A stretch of DNA of 64,000 nt from the NCBI GenBank assembly GCA_028534125.1, contig CM052816.1:81842001-81906000 (forward strand), in the 5' to 3' direction. The stretch is from Lama glama (Eukaryota). Every line of letters begins with the position of its first letter. The first letter of the stretch is position 1. Under the pieces are notes generated by a model. The model saw only the letters and a list, made by a program, of their open reading frames with translations, made no database searches and was not told where the DNA came from. Made by a program: the position numbers and the translations under genes. Positions 1-12,879 of the stretch are shown here, in pieces.

Positions 1-424
1 TGAATGAATGAATGAATGCATGGGGACTTAGCAAGCCTTCTCAATCATTTTGTGAATACAAAGCACGTTATAAGCATAAAAGCATTCTATGTCTGATATC
101 TAAGCAAGATGCTACAGAAGATGCATTTAAAACTTTTAGAGCTGAGCATTGTGGAGATGATGGTATTTGAGGATTTGATTAAATCCTATATACCCCGTGC
201 TCTTAAGTAAGTTTAGGCATTCCACAGAGCCTTTGAAGGTAGATTAACAATCCATGGATGATGCAGTCTCAGTATTGCAGGATCTGAGAGACTTAATAAA
301 AAGAAGAACCTTCAAATATCTAATATTTTTGTTCCTGAAAGAAAGTAGATTAAAAATGGGTAAGTAGACATAAACACATAACTTTCCAAATTTTCAGCCC
401 ATTAGTTGGAGGTCAGAAATACCA

Positions 425-545
425 CTGGTTTCTCATCTGTAAACAGGTACTATTTCATAGGGATGCTACAGAGAAAATTAAATGAGCTAATATTTATAAA
501 GCATGGGAACAGGCACATCATAGGCACTGCCTAAGCGCTTGCCTC
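425..545 (+). mobile_element. MIR SINE fragment
   Basis: MIR core gtttctcatctgtaaa...aaattaaatgagctaat... Confidence 0.8.
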
Positions 546-1582
546 AAACAATACAGTTCAATACAACACAGCACTCTATCACACAACACAGTGACGAGTA
601 TCTTATCAGGTCACCACGCCCCACAAGACACCTGTGACGAATCTCAGAGTCCTTCTCAGAGACAACGTCTCTCAAGATGAAAGAGCAGCTGGCACAACCC
701 GCTTTTTAAAATCCTCAGCTTTCAAGAGGGAGACTTTTGAAAGCGTAAGCTACTGGAAATGTCTTTAAGCATAAGCTGCTTTGCAAAAGAAAAAAAAATA
801 TTTTGCTCTCCACAAGAAAACGTGGAATCTGAGCCAATCCGGCATGGGTCCTTCAGTCAAGTGCGAGGGAAATAAAGAGCTCCAGTAAATTCACTTTAAT
901 AGGAAGACAACAGTCTGGTAGGTAAGACTCCCACACCAGCAAGAGAGCCCTCCTCCTTGGTTAGTTCAATGGAACGGGGCTTTGTACCCCGAGACCACCA
1001 CCTTCCCCACCTCTCTTATCAAACGGTCTGGCAGGAACGAAACTTTTTTGACGTCACTAAAAGTCTTTAAAAAAAAGAGACAGAGGAGTTATTTAATAAG
1101 GCAGGACCCTAGCCAGTTTGCCCTTTGACATAACTTAAAAGCAAAATAAGAAACACAATTTAAAATGCCCAGATTCGAGAGGGTGAGGGGCTGCAAGAGG
1201 GAAGCCCCAGCTACAGGAGGGGCCCCAGCACATGGCCCTCCAGGGAACTGCCCTCGGCAGCTGCTTCCAACGTGGGGCTTTGAGGCCCGGCTCCCAGATC
1301 ACAACCTAGGGCAACTCTCAAGGGCCGTCGTTGTCTAGAGCTCCCGGGAGCTGCGCGAGTCCTCGGCTGAGCCCGCGCTGCAGCCCAGCCACCACCTCCG
1401 CCAGTCCCACTTCCAACTCTTCCCCTGCGGGGTCTGATCATGACAAATCCCCCTCTGCACACACCCCAGGAGCTTCCTCCATGCTGTTACCGCTCAGGGA
1501 GGGCCTCCCAAAGAATTCAACCCACAAAACACATGGGCCCTGAGTGAATGCCCTGTTGATCATCTTTCCTACATATTTGGGT

Positions 1583-1712
1583 TTTTATAAAGCACTTTAT
1601 TGAGGTATGACTGACATACAACAAACTGCATGTATTTAAAGCATACAATTGTTTTAATGATTACTTTTAACATATGTATGTATCCATGAATCCATTATCA
1701 CAACTGAGATGA
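1583..1712 (-). mobile_element. L1M (L1MB-like) 3' end fragment
   Basis: ctttattgaggtatgactgacatacaacaaactgcatgtatttaaag is a typical antisense L1MB 3' end. Confidence 0.7.
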
Positions 1713-1789
1713 TCCTCAGGTAGATGAGGGGTCTCACATAGATGGTGAGTCTCACATAGATGGTGGTACAACACAGAACCATGATCTGG

Positions 1790-1995
1790 TGCCTTCTTGG
1801 GCTTTAGGCTCCAAAGCCCCAAGTTTGAATCCTCCATGACTCTCAGCTCTGACAGAAGACAGTGCTACTTGACTCCTCTCTGCCCTCATTTGTCATATTG
1901 AGGCAACAACAGCACCAATCTTGAAGGGCTGTTGCATTGATTAAATGAAATCCTGTAAATAAAGCTCATGGTACTATGCCCTTAACAAACTGTAG
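1790..1995 (+). mobile_element. MIR SINE
   Basis: gtttgaatcct..ctctctgccctcatttgtcat..gattaaatgaaat. Confidence 0.7.
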
Positions 1996-2600
1996 CCATT
2001 AATGTTTTATGATAATGACTCCCAATTGTTTCATCTGTCCCCAGACTCCTTCCCTCTCCACATTTCCCTAAAAGGTTCCATCATCACTCCCCCAGTTGCC
2101 CAGAATCAGACACATCCAGTCAGCCACAAAGTTCTGCCCTGTGTCCCTCCTCCATTCCTGCCCTCTCCTGTGGCCAGCACCCTAGTCCAGCCTGGTAACA
2201 TCTCTCGCCTTCACTTGTAGAACTGCCCAGTTCGGTGCCTTTGAGACATCTGGACTTCACAGATCAATAAAAATTTTACAAATTATTTTTGGAACTGAAG
2301 GATTTCTCTCTCTCTCTCTCTCTCTTTTTTTTTTTACTGACAAAGAAACTAATGAAATACCATTGAGAAATACCATAATTTAATTCATCGCAAGATGGTT
2401 TAACTTCTTCCAATGTAGGAAGACTGTAAGCAAAGCACAAAGCTCATTTTTAAAATGAAGACGTTTAGCTTTAGAAAAATTCACTGTATTGATCTTGCTT
2501 TCCTCGTTCCTCACCAGACAGGCAGACACTCCAGCACTGAACAGCACCTGTCGTTTCAGACAGAATTTGGAAGCTTGTTGGTCTAAGTCATCTTCTTGAC

Positions 2601-2976
2601 TACTGAGTCAGCTTGGGCTGCTAAAACAACAGATTACAATGGACCGGGAGGCTTAAACAACAGAAACTTATTTCTCACAGTTCTGGAGGCTGGAAGTTCA
2701 AGATCAAGGTGCCAACCCATTTGGTTCCTGGCAAGGATTCTCTTCCTGCTTATGTCTTCACGTAGCAGAATGAGAGAGACAGATAGACAGACAGACAGAC
2801 AGCACTCTTATGTCTCTTCTTTTAAGGGCACTAATCCCATCCTGAGGGCTGCACCCTCATGACCTAATTGCCTCCCAAAGGCCTCATCTTAAATACCATC
2901 ACAGTAGGAATTAGGGCTTCAGGATATGAATTTGGGATGGGGTGGGTGGGGAGAAACAAATATTCAGTCCCTAGCA
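2601..2976 (-). mobile_element. MLT1A-like MaLR solo LTR
   Basis: ggcttaaacaacagaaacttatttctcacagttctggaggctggaagttcaagatcaaggtgcc ... aaatattcagtccctagca. Confidence 0.88.
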
Positions 2977-4029
2977 CTGACTAACCTCCCTCCTCTCTAT
3001 CCGACACAAATCCTAATGCACAGAACCTTCCTGCTGGAAATCCAAGGGTCACATCCTCCTGCCCCAGGTAGGGCTCATCTAACAGAACATCCCAAGCTCA
3101 GCCAGAATGTAGTACTTCGCACTTTAGAGCTGGAAATGCCTTCTCCCTTAGAAACGTGGATACATGACATGCCTCTGGAAAAGGGCTGGTGTTCCCACTT
3201 GAGATGTCCCAGTGGGGATTCCAACTGCCCAATTTAGAGACCAGGATGGCAGTTCCTTGTCTCCCTCTCCCTTCCCTACACTGGGATGCCTTCTTTGAAT
3301 GACCTTCCCAGTCACTTTTTTTTCCCCACATTATCTCAAACCTTCTCATTAAGTGTGGAGAAAAGGTCTCCTAAGAATTTTTACTGTTACCAACAATAGG
3401 AAATAGACAATGGTGAAAAATAACAATGGGCAAGGTGACAGCATTTCTAGAAGTCTACAAAGAGTTCGTTACCAGAATAATTCCTGGGTTCAACGGTACA
3501 TGAAGGGACGGCTCCTCCCACCTGCCAGCCTCATCTGCCTTGGGCTGTCCCTGTGCCATAACTGCAGCTGCATCTTTGGCTCTGAGAACCATGCCCTAAA
3601 CCCTAGTCTGCAGAGACTATCTCCTCTGAACCTCCTTGAATTTCAGGTCAGCACACCTGGGCTTCTCACCTTCTATAAGGAAGGCTCCCTCCTCCTATTT
3701 TCCCCCTTTAAAACTCAAGTTAAAAAAAGAAAAGACTTGAAAGTGCAACGTGGGCTCTTTGAGGACAGAGAGTGCCCTAGTGAGATCCTTGTACGTATCA
3801 AAGGCCAACTCCGACCTTCTGTCACTCACAGAGGAAGGTTAACTCCTCCCTGGACAGGCAGGACAGGAGGCCCCCGGGCTGGATGGGGGCATTGGCAGGG
3901 GCGGGGAAGGCAGCAGCCACAGATTTAATCAACCTGGGGAAGTAAGAGGGGATTAGAGAGACTGGCCAAAATTATGAGCAACTGTAGGGACACCTTTGAG
4001 CCTTTGGGTCCAACCAAAGCTCTCTCATC

Positions 4030-4197
4030 ACGCTGTGACTCAAAAATGTGGTCCCCAACCAGCAGTATCAGCATTGCCCAGAAGCTGGATGGAAATCCAG
4101 AATCTCAGGCTCCTCCCTAGACCTACTGAATTAGACTCTGCATTTTAGCAAGCTCCCCGAGTAATTTGTATGTACACTGAAGGCTGAGAAGCCGTGT
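4030..4197. mobile_element. MER5A (hAT-Charlie MITE)
   Basis: gtggtccccaaccagcagtatcagcat...cagaatctcaggc...agacctactgaattagactctgcatttt. Confidence 0.85.
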
Positions 4198-4213
4198 TTA
4201 AGAACATCTCGGT

Positions 4214-4424
4214 CGGTGGTTCTCAAGCTGGGGAGATCTGGCCTCCAGGGGTCATTTGGCAATGTGTGAAGACATTTTTGGTTGTCACTGCTGACAAATG
4301 CTCTTGGCATCCAGTGGCTAGAGACCAGGGATGCTGTTAAACATCCACCAATGCACAAGGTAGCACTTACAAGAAAGAGTTAACCGGCCCCAAGTGTCAA
4401 GAATGCCAACACTGGGAAACCCTG
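4214..4424. mobile_element. MER20 (hAT-Charlie)
   Basis: cggtggttctcaa...atttggcaatgtgtgaagacatttttggttgtcac...ggcatccagtggctagagaccagggatgctg...gggaaaccctg. Confidence 0.88.
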
Positions 4425-4467
4425 ATCTAGGTGAAAACAGCCCAGAGGACTGGATAGGAGGTTCTAG

Positions 4468-4665
4468 AACCTTGCTCCTCCAAGAGTGGCCTGCAGACCA
4501 GCAGCACTGGCACAGGAGGAGGCTGTTAAGTGCAAAGACTCTAACTTAACCCCACAACTATGGAATCAGGACCTCCAGGGTGGGGTCCAGGAACCCGGGT
4601 TTTAACAAGCTCTCCTCATGAACTGCATGCATGCTTTCTGCTTTCAGAATTTTGCATTAAGAAGC
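4468..4665. mobile_element. MER5A-like element
   Basis: cagaccagcagcactggca...gaatcagg...gggtggggtccaggaacccgggttttaacaagctctcc. Confidence 0.7.
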
Positions 4666-5449
4666 ATGAGTGTAGACCATGGGTCTCTGCCTTCAGAATG
4701 GCCATCAGGAAAGGTAGGCACAGCCAGGTTGGCCACCTGTCCAGGATTTCACATCAGTAACAACTGCAATGTGGGTTTAAAGAAGGGCCAGTTCTAGAAG
4801 ATGTGGAGGGCAGTGGGGCTGGCACCAGCCTCTTTGCTACATAACTTCAAGGACAATGGCTTAGAGGTTCCAGCCACTGCTATGAGCACAGTGTGCCAGG
4901 TGCCTGGTCCTGATGCTGACCACAAGAGCATCCTGGCATGACAGGGCACAGGAAAAGGAGAATGCAAAGCTCTCAGACAACAAAGGCCAGATGACATTTG
5001 ACAGGTCATTACTTCCCTATGCCCCTGGGATGAGAATAAGGAAGATGTTGGTGATAGGGAACTATATTTAATATGTTCTCAGCCCTTCATTTTCATCTCC
5101 TCTGAAAAGCCTTCCCTGATTCCCCCAATGGAGTCATCATCTCTTTTTTGATGTTCTCCATTTACTGTGTTCATCTTCCCACCGTCCTACTGTACTGTGA
5201 ATTCTACTGACGCCCCTGCCCGTAGCAGAGTGAGTTCCTTGAGGACAGGAATTACAGTGTAGCAGATATTGTGGTCACAGCCCCTGGCACACCCTCCCTG
5301 GAGAGCACTACCCAGGTCCCAAACTTGCTCTTGGGCTCTTCTGTCTCCCTGCCTGAGGGAAGGGCCAGAGAGCCTACACCCCCAGAAACAACCTGCACCC
5401 AGTGAAGGAATAAGAGTGGGAGCCGGTGGACAGATAACCCAGAGTCCAC

Positions 5450-5670
5450 TCAGCAGTTCTGAGGTGTGTTCTGTACAGTCTCTTAGAGATGCGTGGATGG
5501 ACTGAGCACCCCACCCACCCCGGTCACGGCAGTAACCACATCAGCACATCCCTCCCTTCTTCATTCACCTCCGCACTCCTCACCGCGATCTCTGGACCTG
5601 AATGAACTTCCTGCATCTCAGCATCTGCTTGTCTCAGCATGTGCTTTTGGGGGCACCCAAACTAAGACAA
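5450..5670 (+). mobile_element. ERVL-class (LTR16-like) LTR 3' fragment
   Basis: Ends in tgtctcagcatgtgcttttgggggcacccaaactaagaca, the typical ERVL/LTR16 terminus. Confidence 0.5.
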
Positions 5671-5999
5671 GTATTTTTCTCACTGAATCCCCAGGATTTA
5701 GCTCACTGAAGCCCCAGTATTTAGCCATTTCCCTAACACAGAAAAATGCTCATAAAAATAAGTACTTACGGAAGTTGAATAAAAGTTCCAGTATGCCTGG
5801 AAAATCCAAAGATGACAGCAACCCCAAAATGAGTGAACCCCCCCCAACCGATGGCCTGGGTGATATAATCTGGAAGACTGTATCTACAGTTCTCCTGGTG
5901 TTTTGGTCAAAACTAAAAACAATAGTCTCCTGACTACAGTAACAATTTAATTTCTCATCACTATGTACAAAAAGAGGAGAGCTCAGTGACTAGGAGTGC

Positions 6000-6165
6000 T
6001 AGCTCTGGAAATCGGCAGAACTAGGCTCACAGTCCTGGCTCCAGTACCTGCCAAGTGACCTGAGCCTCAGTTCGTCACCTGTCAAAGAGGAATAATAGTA
6101 CCTGCTGGCAGGGTCATGGGGGGGATTTAATGAGATAAAAGGTTTATCAAAGGATTGCTCTGATT
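6000..6165 (+). mobile_element. MIR SINE
   Basis: gctctggaaatcggcaga...gagcctcagttcgtcacctgtcaa...ggatttaatgagataa. Confidence 0.75.
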
Positions 6166-6584
6166 GTACGGCCCATTTCAAGCAGCCGTCCTGTTCACGG
6201 CGGTGACAGATGGTAGCGGACCACCGGGAACATAACAGACACGCAGCAAACAGATACTGGAGGAATGAGCGAAGTGATAATCCAAGAGTAGAATATACAA
6301 AACCTGCAAAAACTCCTTTTGCCAAAGCTCCTGTGAGGAGGAACAGGAATTTTTCCTGTTCATTAATCCTACTTCTGTTACTCAAAAGCTGTGGGAATTT
6401 AGGAAAGTCACTCAATCTGTCTGAAGCCCTCCAGGCACTCCCTGTGAGGCTTAGACTAGCATTAGATCATTCCTAAGGCCCCTTCCAGGCCTTCACTCCG
6501 AGGTGAAGCAACTCTTTGGAAAGGGTGGCAGAGCCTCTTCACACCTGGAGGCTGGAACAGAACAGGGAGCTGCAGGTGGGCCGA

Positions 6585-6760
6585 CGTGCTCAGCCCCGGC
6601 GCCACGGACATTCGGGCGGGAGAGTCCAGCTGTCTTGTGCATCATTTAGTGGAACCCCTGGCCTCTACTCACTAGATGCCCCCAGCACCACCAGTGACAA
6701 CCAAAAATATCTTTAGACATTGCCAGATGTCCACTGGGGCAAAATTACCCATGCTGGGGC
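6585..6760. mobile_element. MER20 (degenerate)
   Basis: ccctggcctctactcactagatgcc...gtgacaaccaaaaatatctttagacattgccagatgtcc. Confidence 0.8.
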
Positions 6761-7799
6761 ACTCCTGTGGTAGTGTTTGCTTCCCTCAGTGACCCACAGA
6801 CCCGCAAAGCCTTGTGGTCCAGCCCAGCCCCACAAGGACGAGGTGGGTTTCCAACACTGCTCCTTTGTCTTTGTTAATCTGTTTTTATTTTTATTTTTAA
6901 AAAGCCTCCAAACCTCCAAGAAACTCCTGGGATGCTCTTTCTACTTTCCCCCTCTTATCCTTCATTCCCTACTGCACCTCATTAAAGAGCCCGCCCTTTG
7001 GAAATGACCAAGCATTCACTGCAGATTTTGAATTATTCTGTTTTCCCTAGTCTGTCATTAGCCATATTTGCCTGCAAATAAGATGGATGTTTTTAAAGCT
7101 CATCTACTCGCAACCCAGGAACATAATCCCCTCCCGGGTTATTACCATCCGTTTATGACATTAGGAACAGCAGGAGACCAAAACTCCAAAACCCAAATGA
7201 TCTTGACATGCAAATGCGTCATAAAAACCAAGCCACGGCAGAAGATTTCAAAGGATTTATTAGGAATGGAGCCGCTGTTAACTAGACAGTTCTGAGGAGT
7301 TTTCCAGGCAATGGGCAGAGTGGCCATTGTACAGCGGGCCAATTAGACCTGAAGTCCTCTGCTCTGAGTCAGGGCCCTCTCCTGGGGCCAGTGCCTGCCT
7401 GGTGGTGGGCAGCACCAGCGATCTGAGGACAGAAAGGCTTCCAAATGGCTTTTTCCATATGGCTTTTTCCAAACAAGGTCGTCCGTGTTCAATTCCTTCC
7501 TTTGCACCAAAAAGCAAATTCCTGTAAAGACTGGAAACCAAACCTACTTATCTGCCTGTATTCAATTACAGTAATGAAAAAAGGTAATTCGTTACTCTGC
7601 TCTCCCCACAGCAGAGCAGGGGTGACACTTTTCTCAAGTAGCATCACCCCCACCACCTCCTGCCTTTGATGGCTTGTAATGGCCTGTCCCTGCTGCGGTA
7701 CCACTAAATACATGCTGTGCCCCATCGCCATGGACCCTGTCCTTTTTCCTCTCTCAGGGCCCAAGGGTCACCCTTTCCACAGATCAGCATGGAGCTGAC

Positions 7800-8105
7800 T
7801 CCTCATTTCTCAGGCCTCTGCTCTTTCTCATCACTTTCTCAGAGCAGCCTTCCGCACCTACACGATCTAACCAAGCCCCCTCCATCACTCTCCAGCTGCT
7901 TATCCTGCTTTATTTTTCAAGCGACATTTGGTTCCTGAAGTTACACTGCATATTCATTAGTTCGCTGGTTTTGTACCTGTCTTCCCCTCTCCTGAAATGT
8001 GAGTGCTCTGTGGGGCCAGAGCGTTGAATGCCTTACTCACCCCTGCAGCCCTAGTGCCAAGAAGAGTACAGAGCAGGTGCTCTGTAGGTTTGTGGTGAAG
8101 GAATG
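7800..8105 (+). mobile_element. L2 3' fragment
   Basis: aatgtgagtgctctgtggggccag...cctagtgccaagaagagt...gcaggtgctc..gtgaaggaatgaa. Confidence 0.65.
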
Positions 8106-9529
8106 AAAATCTGTAGTAGGGCTGACAAATCCCAAGAAACAGAGCAGACCACCTGGGAGACGGAGAGCCTCGGGGTCCCTGAACAGATGCAAGTCACGTG
8201 CTGCTCCATCCCATCTCAGAGATCTATTCTGTGCCGGGGATTCTTTGCTGGTTCTTTCCGTATTTGTGATTATCCTCCCATAATATATTGGTCCAGCCCC
8301 GGGCTTCAGAAAAGTAAGCCTTCAGACCGGAGTGGGGAAGGACGGAGAAACGGACAGCATTCTGCGGAGAGCCTGCGGGGTTAACAGAATGTCCTTCCTA
8401 AACCATCCTGCTAAGTTTTTTCCTGAGCACCCAGCCCACAGGTCTGTTTTTAGGCCACCCTAATGGTAACCTCAGCAGTGCAGGCAACCTCATAAATGCA
8501 GGATCAGTAGGTCCCTTGGCATGTATGAACTTGTCAAGATAATCACAAAAGGCACTTTGCCTTGAGATCATTAAAAATAATTAGTATGAAAATATTTTCT
8601 GAATAAGGAGATAAGTCTAGCTGCAGGAGAAACATGCTCATTTCCTATATCCAAAAATTAAAACCCCATGTTCCTTTCTAAGATCCTGGGCCTGTTGGAA
8701 CAGGAAGATGCATTCCATCCTCGCTTCGACCCAGGAAGGTTCTGCACTCCCTCAGGCCTCTGCCTGGAGATTGAGGCTGCCTACCCAGCCGTCTCTTTCT
8801 CCTCCTGGTCCCAGAAGATGCTTCCCCAGGGAGAGCCTCTGCCTTGATTTGAGTGTCCCACTCCTTAGCCAGCATTTGGACAACGTTCTCATTTATTCTT
8901 TAGAAATAAGCCCTGAGAAGCAAGTCCTGAAACCCACTATTAGAAGTGTAGGTTCCTGAATGGAGTGGGCCTGGAAGCCCCAGTCTGCCTCTCTGCCTCC
9001 CAAGAGCTGAAGTGCTCACCTCCAAGCTCTCAGAAGGTCATAAAGGTACCTGCCTCCCTCCCCAGTCATCTCATGCCTTCCTTGCCTCCCTCTTCTCCCT
9101 CAGTGTTCCCTGACCCCCTGAAGTTTACACTGTGGAAAACTTCCATTTGATTAGCAGGAGTGCCTTCCTAGGGGCTCTCAAATCCCAGTAAATAACAACC
9201 TCCTGGCTTTGCCTCTCTATAGAGCCAGAACACATACATGCAACCTGCATGTGTGGTCCAGGAGAGGCTTCTTGGGAGAAATGCCTGGTAAGTTTGATGA
9301 GATGTTGAGTTAGCCAGGGGAAGGGCAAGTGAGGTGGGAGCAAAGTTCTAGAGAGAGGAAAGAGCATGTGCGAGGTCCCTGGCACCCCAATTCCAGGCTG
9401 GGTGCCTCTCTTCTGTGCCTGTGTATCCTGAGGGACCCCCACCAAGTACTTATCAAACAAGAGTGAAGACAGCCATCTAAACACCACAATCCCATAAAAC
9501 CCCCTTCCACAGTGTAGACTCCTCACTGG

Positions 9530-9882
9530 GGCTACATCCCCAGCCCCCTCTTCATCCACACAGGGCTACTTGGTCAGTGATGAAATGTGAGGAGTGACAG
9601 CTGCCACTTTCAAACCAATGCATCCCAGAAGAACATTCTCCCTCCTTCCCCTTCTACCAGCTGGAGGCAGAGTACACAGCAGCCCTAGGAAACGGTGGGA
9701 ACGGTGGGGACACAAGATGGAAAGAGCACGGGGGCCTGAATCACCACCTGGAGGAGACTGACCTACTGACCAAGGACTCTTACACGAGGCTGTTATGAAA
9801 AAGAGATGTAATTCTCTGTTATGTTCAGCTTCTAAAACTTGGGGGTTTAAGTGTCGTAGCGGCTAACATTACCCTAATACAC
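9530..9882 (+). mobile_element. MLT1 (J/K-like) LTR
   Basis: acaagatggaaagagc..ggcctgaatcacc..ggaggagac...ggctaacattaccctaataca. Confidence 0.7.
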
Positions 9883-12429
9883 AGACTAGGTAATCTTTAT
9901 TTATTTCACTATAGGTAACCTCCTCTTGGTAGTAGGGGTCCTCATTATATTGCCAGCACCCAGCAAAAGGTGGATATTGAATAAACATTTGTTCAATGAA
10001 AACAGTCCACTGGATGAGAAGGAGGGCCTTCTGAGAACCCCTCAAATCCCAGGAAACAGAAAACTCCTTACTTTGCCATCAGGCCAGCGCACACACTCAC
10101 TCACACACACACACACCTGTACACACATCCCTAAGTTTCCACACAAAGGCCACAGGCAGTTCATGGCCAGACCTGCCCCCGCTGTCTTGAGATTCATGCG
10201 ACAGCAAAGACCATCCTGGGAATGACCCTTTCGAGATTCTCTCTCGCAGCACGGGTATCACACACAGCCCAATGCCGCAAAAGAAAGCTGGAATAGGAAA
10301 GAAAAAGTCATCAAGAAAAATCGTCCAGATTTCTCATGATCTCACCCGTGAGTCAGTTTGCGTTCGGGGTAACAACTAACCGAGTAGACCAGGACGGTCT
10401 GCCTGCGAGATGTCAGCCTGCCAACTTCAACAGCGTGGAGAGGGCACACGTCTTCAATTGGCTTAAAAGGACAAAGCTAGTGCACTTGTTTATTATTTTT
10501 TGCCCTTAAAAAAATTCCAAGGTGAAACAGTCTCCGTTTAAAAATAACTCTCTTGGAGACGAAGCTATAACTCTCTTTTAAACGCTGATTGCCAAGTATC
10601 TGCATTTTTCCATTTTGTGCAGTGGGGAAAAGTCCTACAGCAGAGTCTTTGCTGTGTGACCCTTAGAAAGCTGCCTCACCTCTCTGGGCCTAGATTTGTT
10701 CATTTATGAAATATGAGATTAAAATAGATCATCTCTAGTAGTTCACAGAAGAAATCATTGTCAGTGGACGGGAAACCGAATTTTTCATGCCTTGTAAGTC
10801 TTTTAATATTCATGGAAATTATTCCTAACAGAAACGGGTATTTTTTTTTTTTATGAGCAGCTTAATTTAGAGGCACTTATTCATCTAGGACAGAACGGGA
10901 GGTCCACAGCGCTGCCGACGTGAGTGGGTCTTTAGTGGTGAGAGGCGGGAATGGGATGATTTGTTCTCAAGTCACAGGCAACACGTGGAGTACTGAGCTA
11001 TGACTACATCAGGACATTTTCTTCTTTTACAGATAGGAGAGAATGTAAGAATCATTCAGCACAGTTACTTCATTCGAAGTGTGAAGAACCTAGCATCTAA
11101 AGATGCTGGCTACCAAAGCTACACAGTGGCAGTATATGGCCTAGAATGGAGTGTTGGCTGCTGGTCCATGACTCTTTCCACTTGACCCAATTCTCTCTCC
11201 CAATCCAGCTTTGCACCTTTAACAGTGACAGTGTTTACACTGTTGCCACTCTGAAAAATCTCTCTGAGAAAAAAAAAGCACTGAGAGGGGAGCTGTTTAT
11301 TCTATCCTTCTTTAGGCTTGGGAGTTACTGCAGGATTTTATTTCCTCCATCCTTGCCTAACCCTCCAGCCCACAGACTAAGAGCTCTGAGTGCTCAAACA
11401 ATAAGGTGTGGATCAGGTGAAAGATGGAGAAGTAATCATATACCTGAGAGTGTGTGAGAGGAAAAGGGCTCCCTAGAGTTCTGGGAATGGCAGCTGACGA
11501 GGGCCACACGATAACCAGCCACAGCTTATCTGCAAGCCCAGTCTTTACAGCTTGGCTTTCAGACCCGCGACTCGGCTGTCCCCTCGGACCTCTGCCTCTT
11601 GCCCAGGTACTGTCCTAGACAGACTGCCTTCCTTTCTGAAGCTTAACTGCTGTTTTAATCAGACCTCTGGTTCCTTCCAGGACAATGGGTTAGAGGCAAA
11701 AATGAAAATGTGAATATGTGCTTATATAGTCTTTCTACACCTCAAGCCAGTCCCTCTTCCCCAAATATGTGGCATCTCCTCCCTTTTCCTGAAGGTCCTA
11801 AAAGAAAACCGAGGATGGCCCCCTTCGGCATTTGTCACACAGCAGGCTACCTCTGAAGCTGGGACCTGCATTAATTAAAGGCCTCCCTGAGCAAATGGAG
11901 GCATTAGCCCATTCTCATTCGTTCCTTTCCAAGCCTCTGGGAACTGGGAAGTGGTGGCCGAGGAAGAAAACTGCATTTGGGTGTTAGGCTTGCTCATTAA
12001 AATGATAAAGTGTCTGGAGAAATGGAGGGGAAGGGTGATATGCGAATAAACACAGGGACATATTCAAGAAGAACGTAAGTAAGCTCTGAATTTACTTATT
12101 TAGGCTCTGAGTCCAAGAATTGTTCCTTCCTATTATCCTCACAGGTCTGCCTGTATCAATGAGGGCGCACAGCTGGCTACCCGCAACTGAACTGGAGTCT
12201 GTTTCCAATGCCAAATAGAAGGCAGTGGCTTCACAAAGACAGCGAGCTCTGGGGGGGGGGGGGTGGGAGTCTGCCTGTGAGGCCTGGCCTCCTTAGGAAA
12301 ATGGCTTGACCCTCGAGCTTCTGACTCCTCGTCCATGAAATGTAACTAGTAATCTCTGAGAAAGCACAAGTGAGATGATGGGGACAAAGGAGACAAGAAG
12401 ACCCTATTAGCTGCTAAATTAAATCTCAG

Positions 12430-12640
12430 AGCTGATAGAGGCATTAGAAGTCCCCCAGCCCAATCTTGCAACAATCCTCCAGCCTCTGCTTGATGCCTGC
12501 AGTGGAGGGAAATCCCCTGCCCCTCCAGGCAGTCCACGCTGCTTTGAGCCTATAATGGCTAGAAGAATTTTCCCAGCATGGAGCTGTATCTCTGTCCCTT
12601 AATTTCAGGGCTTTGGCCTTTGTTCTGGCTTCTGGACCAG
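12430..12640 (-). mobile_element. L3/CR1 LINE, 3' segment
   Basis: ccagcctctgcttgatgcctgcagtggaggg...ggcagtcc...agaagaattttccc...ggcctttgttctggcttctgg resembles the antisense L3 3' region. Confidence 0.65.
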
Positions 12641-12879
12641 AAGTGAAAATCAGGCTTAGCGGTCCTGCACAGGAAAGCCACTGAAAGACTTTATCTGGCC
12701 TCCCAACGGCTGAGAGTTGCAAACCTCCCACGTGCAAATACACAGAACCACAGCAAGGTGGAAGTGAGTCCACAGAAGTGTCCACTGGCCGGGGGGTACC
12801 ACTGGCCAAGCCAAGGAACGGAGGAGAAGGGACAGCTTCATATGGGAGAGGGGATGAGCTCAGTTTGGGACGTGTTGCT

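Noticed and set aside
1720..1765. 18-bp tandem duplication (gtctcacatagatggtga x ~2.5)
   Set aside because: Simple slippage duplication with no evidence of function.
2225..2585. Possible old DNA-transposon remnant with (CT)n/T run
   Set aside because: Could not assign a family or clear TIRs by eye.
3410..3928. 172-aa ORF with ATG (likewise 12444-13088 and 19435-19965)
   Set aside because: No homology or exon-like splice context that I can recognise; consistent with chance ORFs in a long intron.
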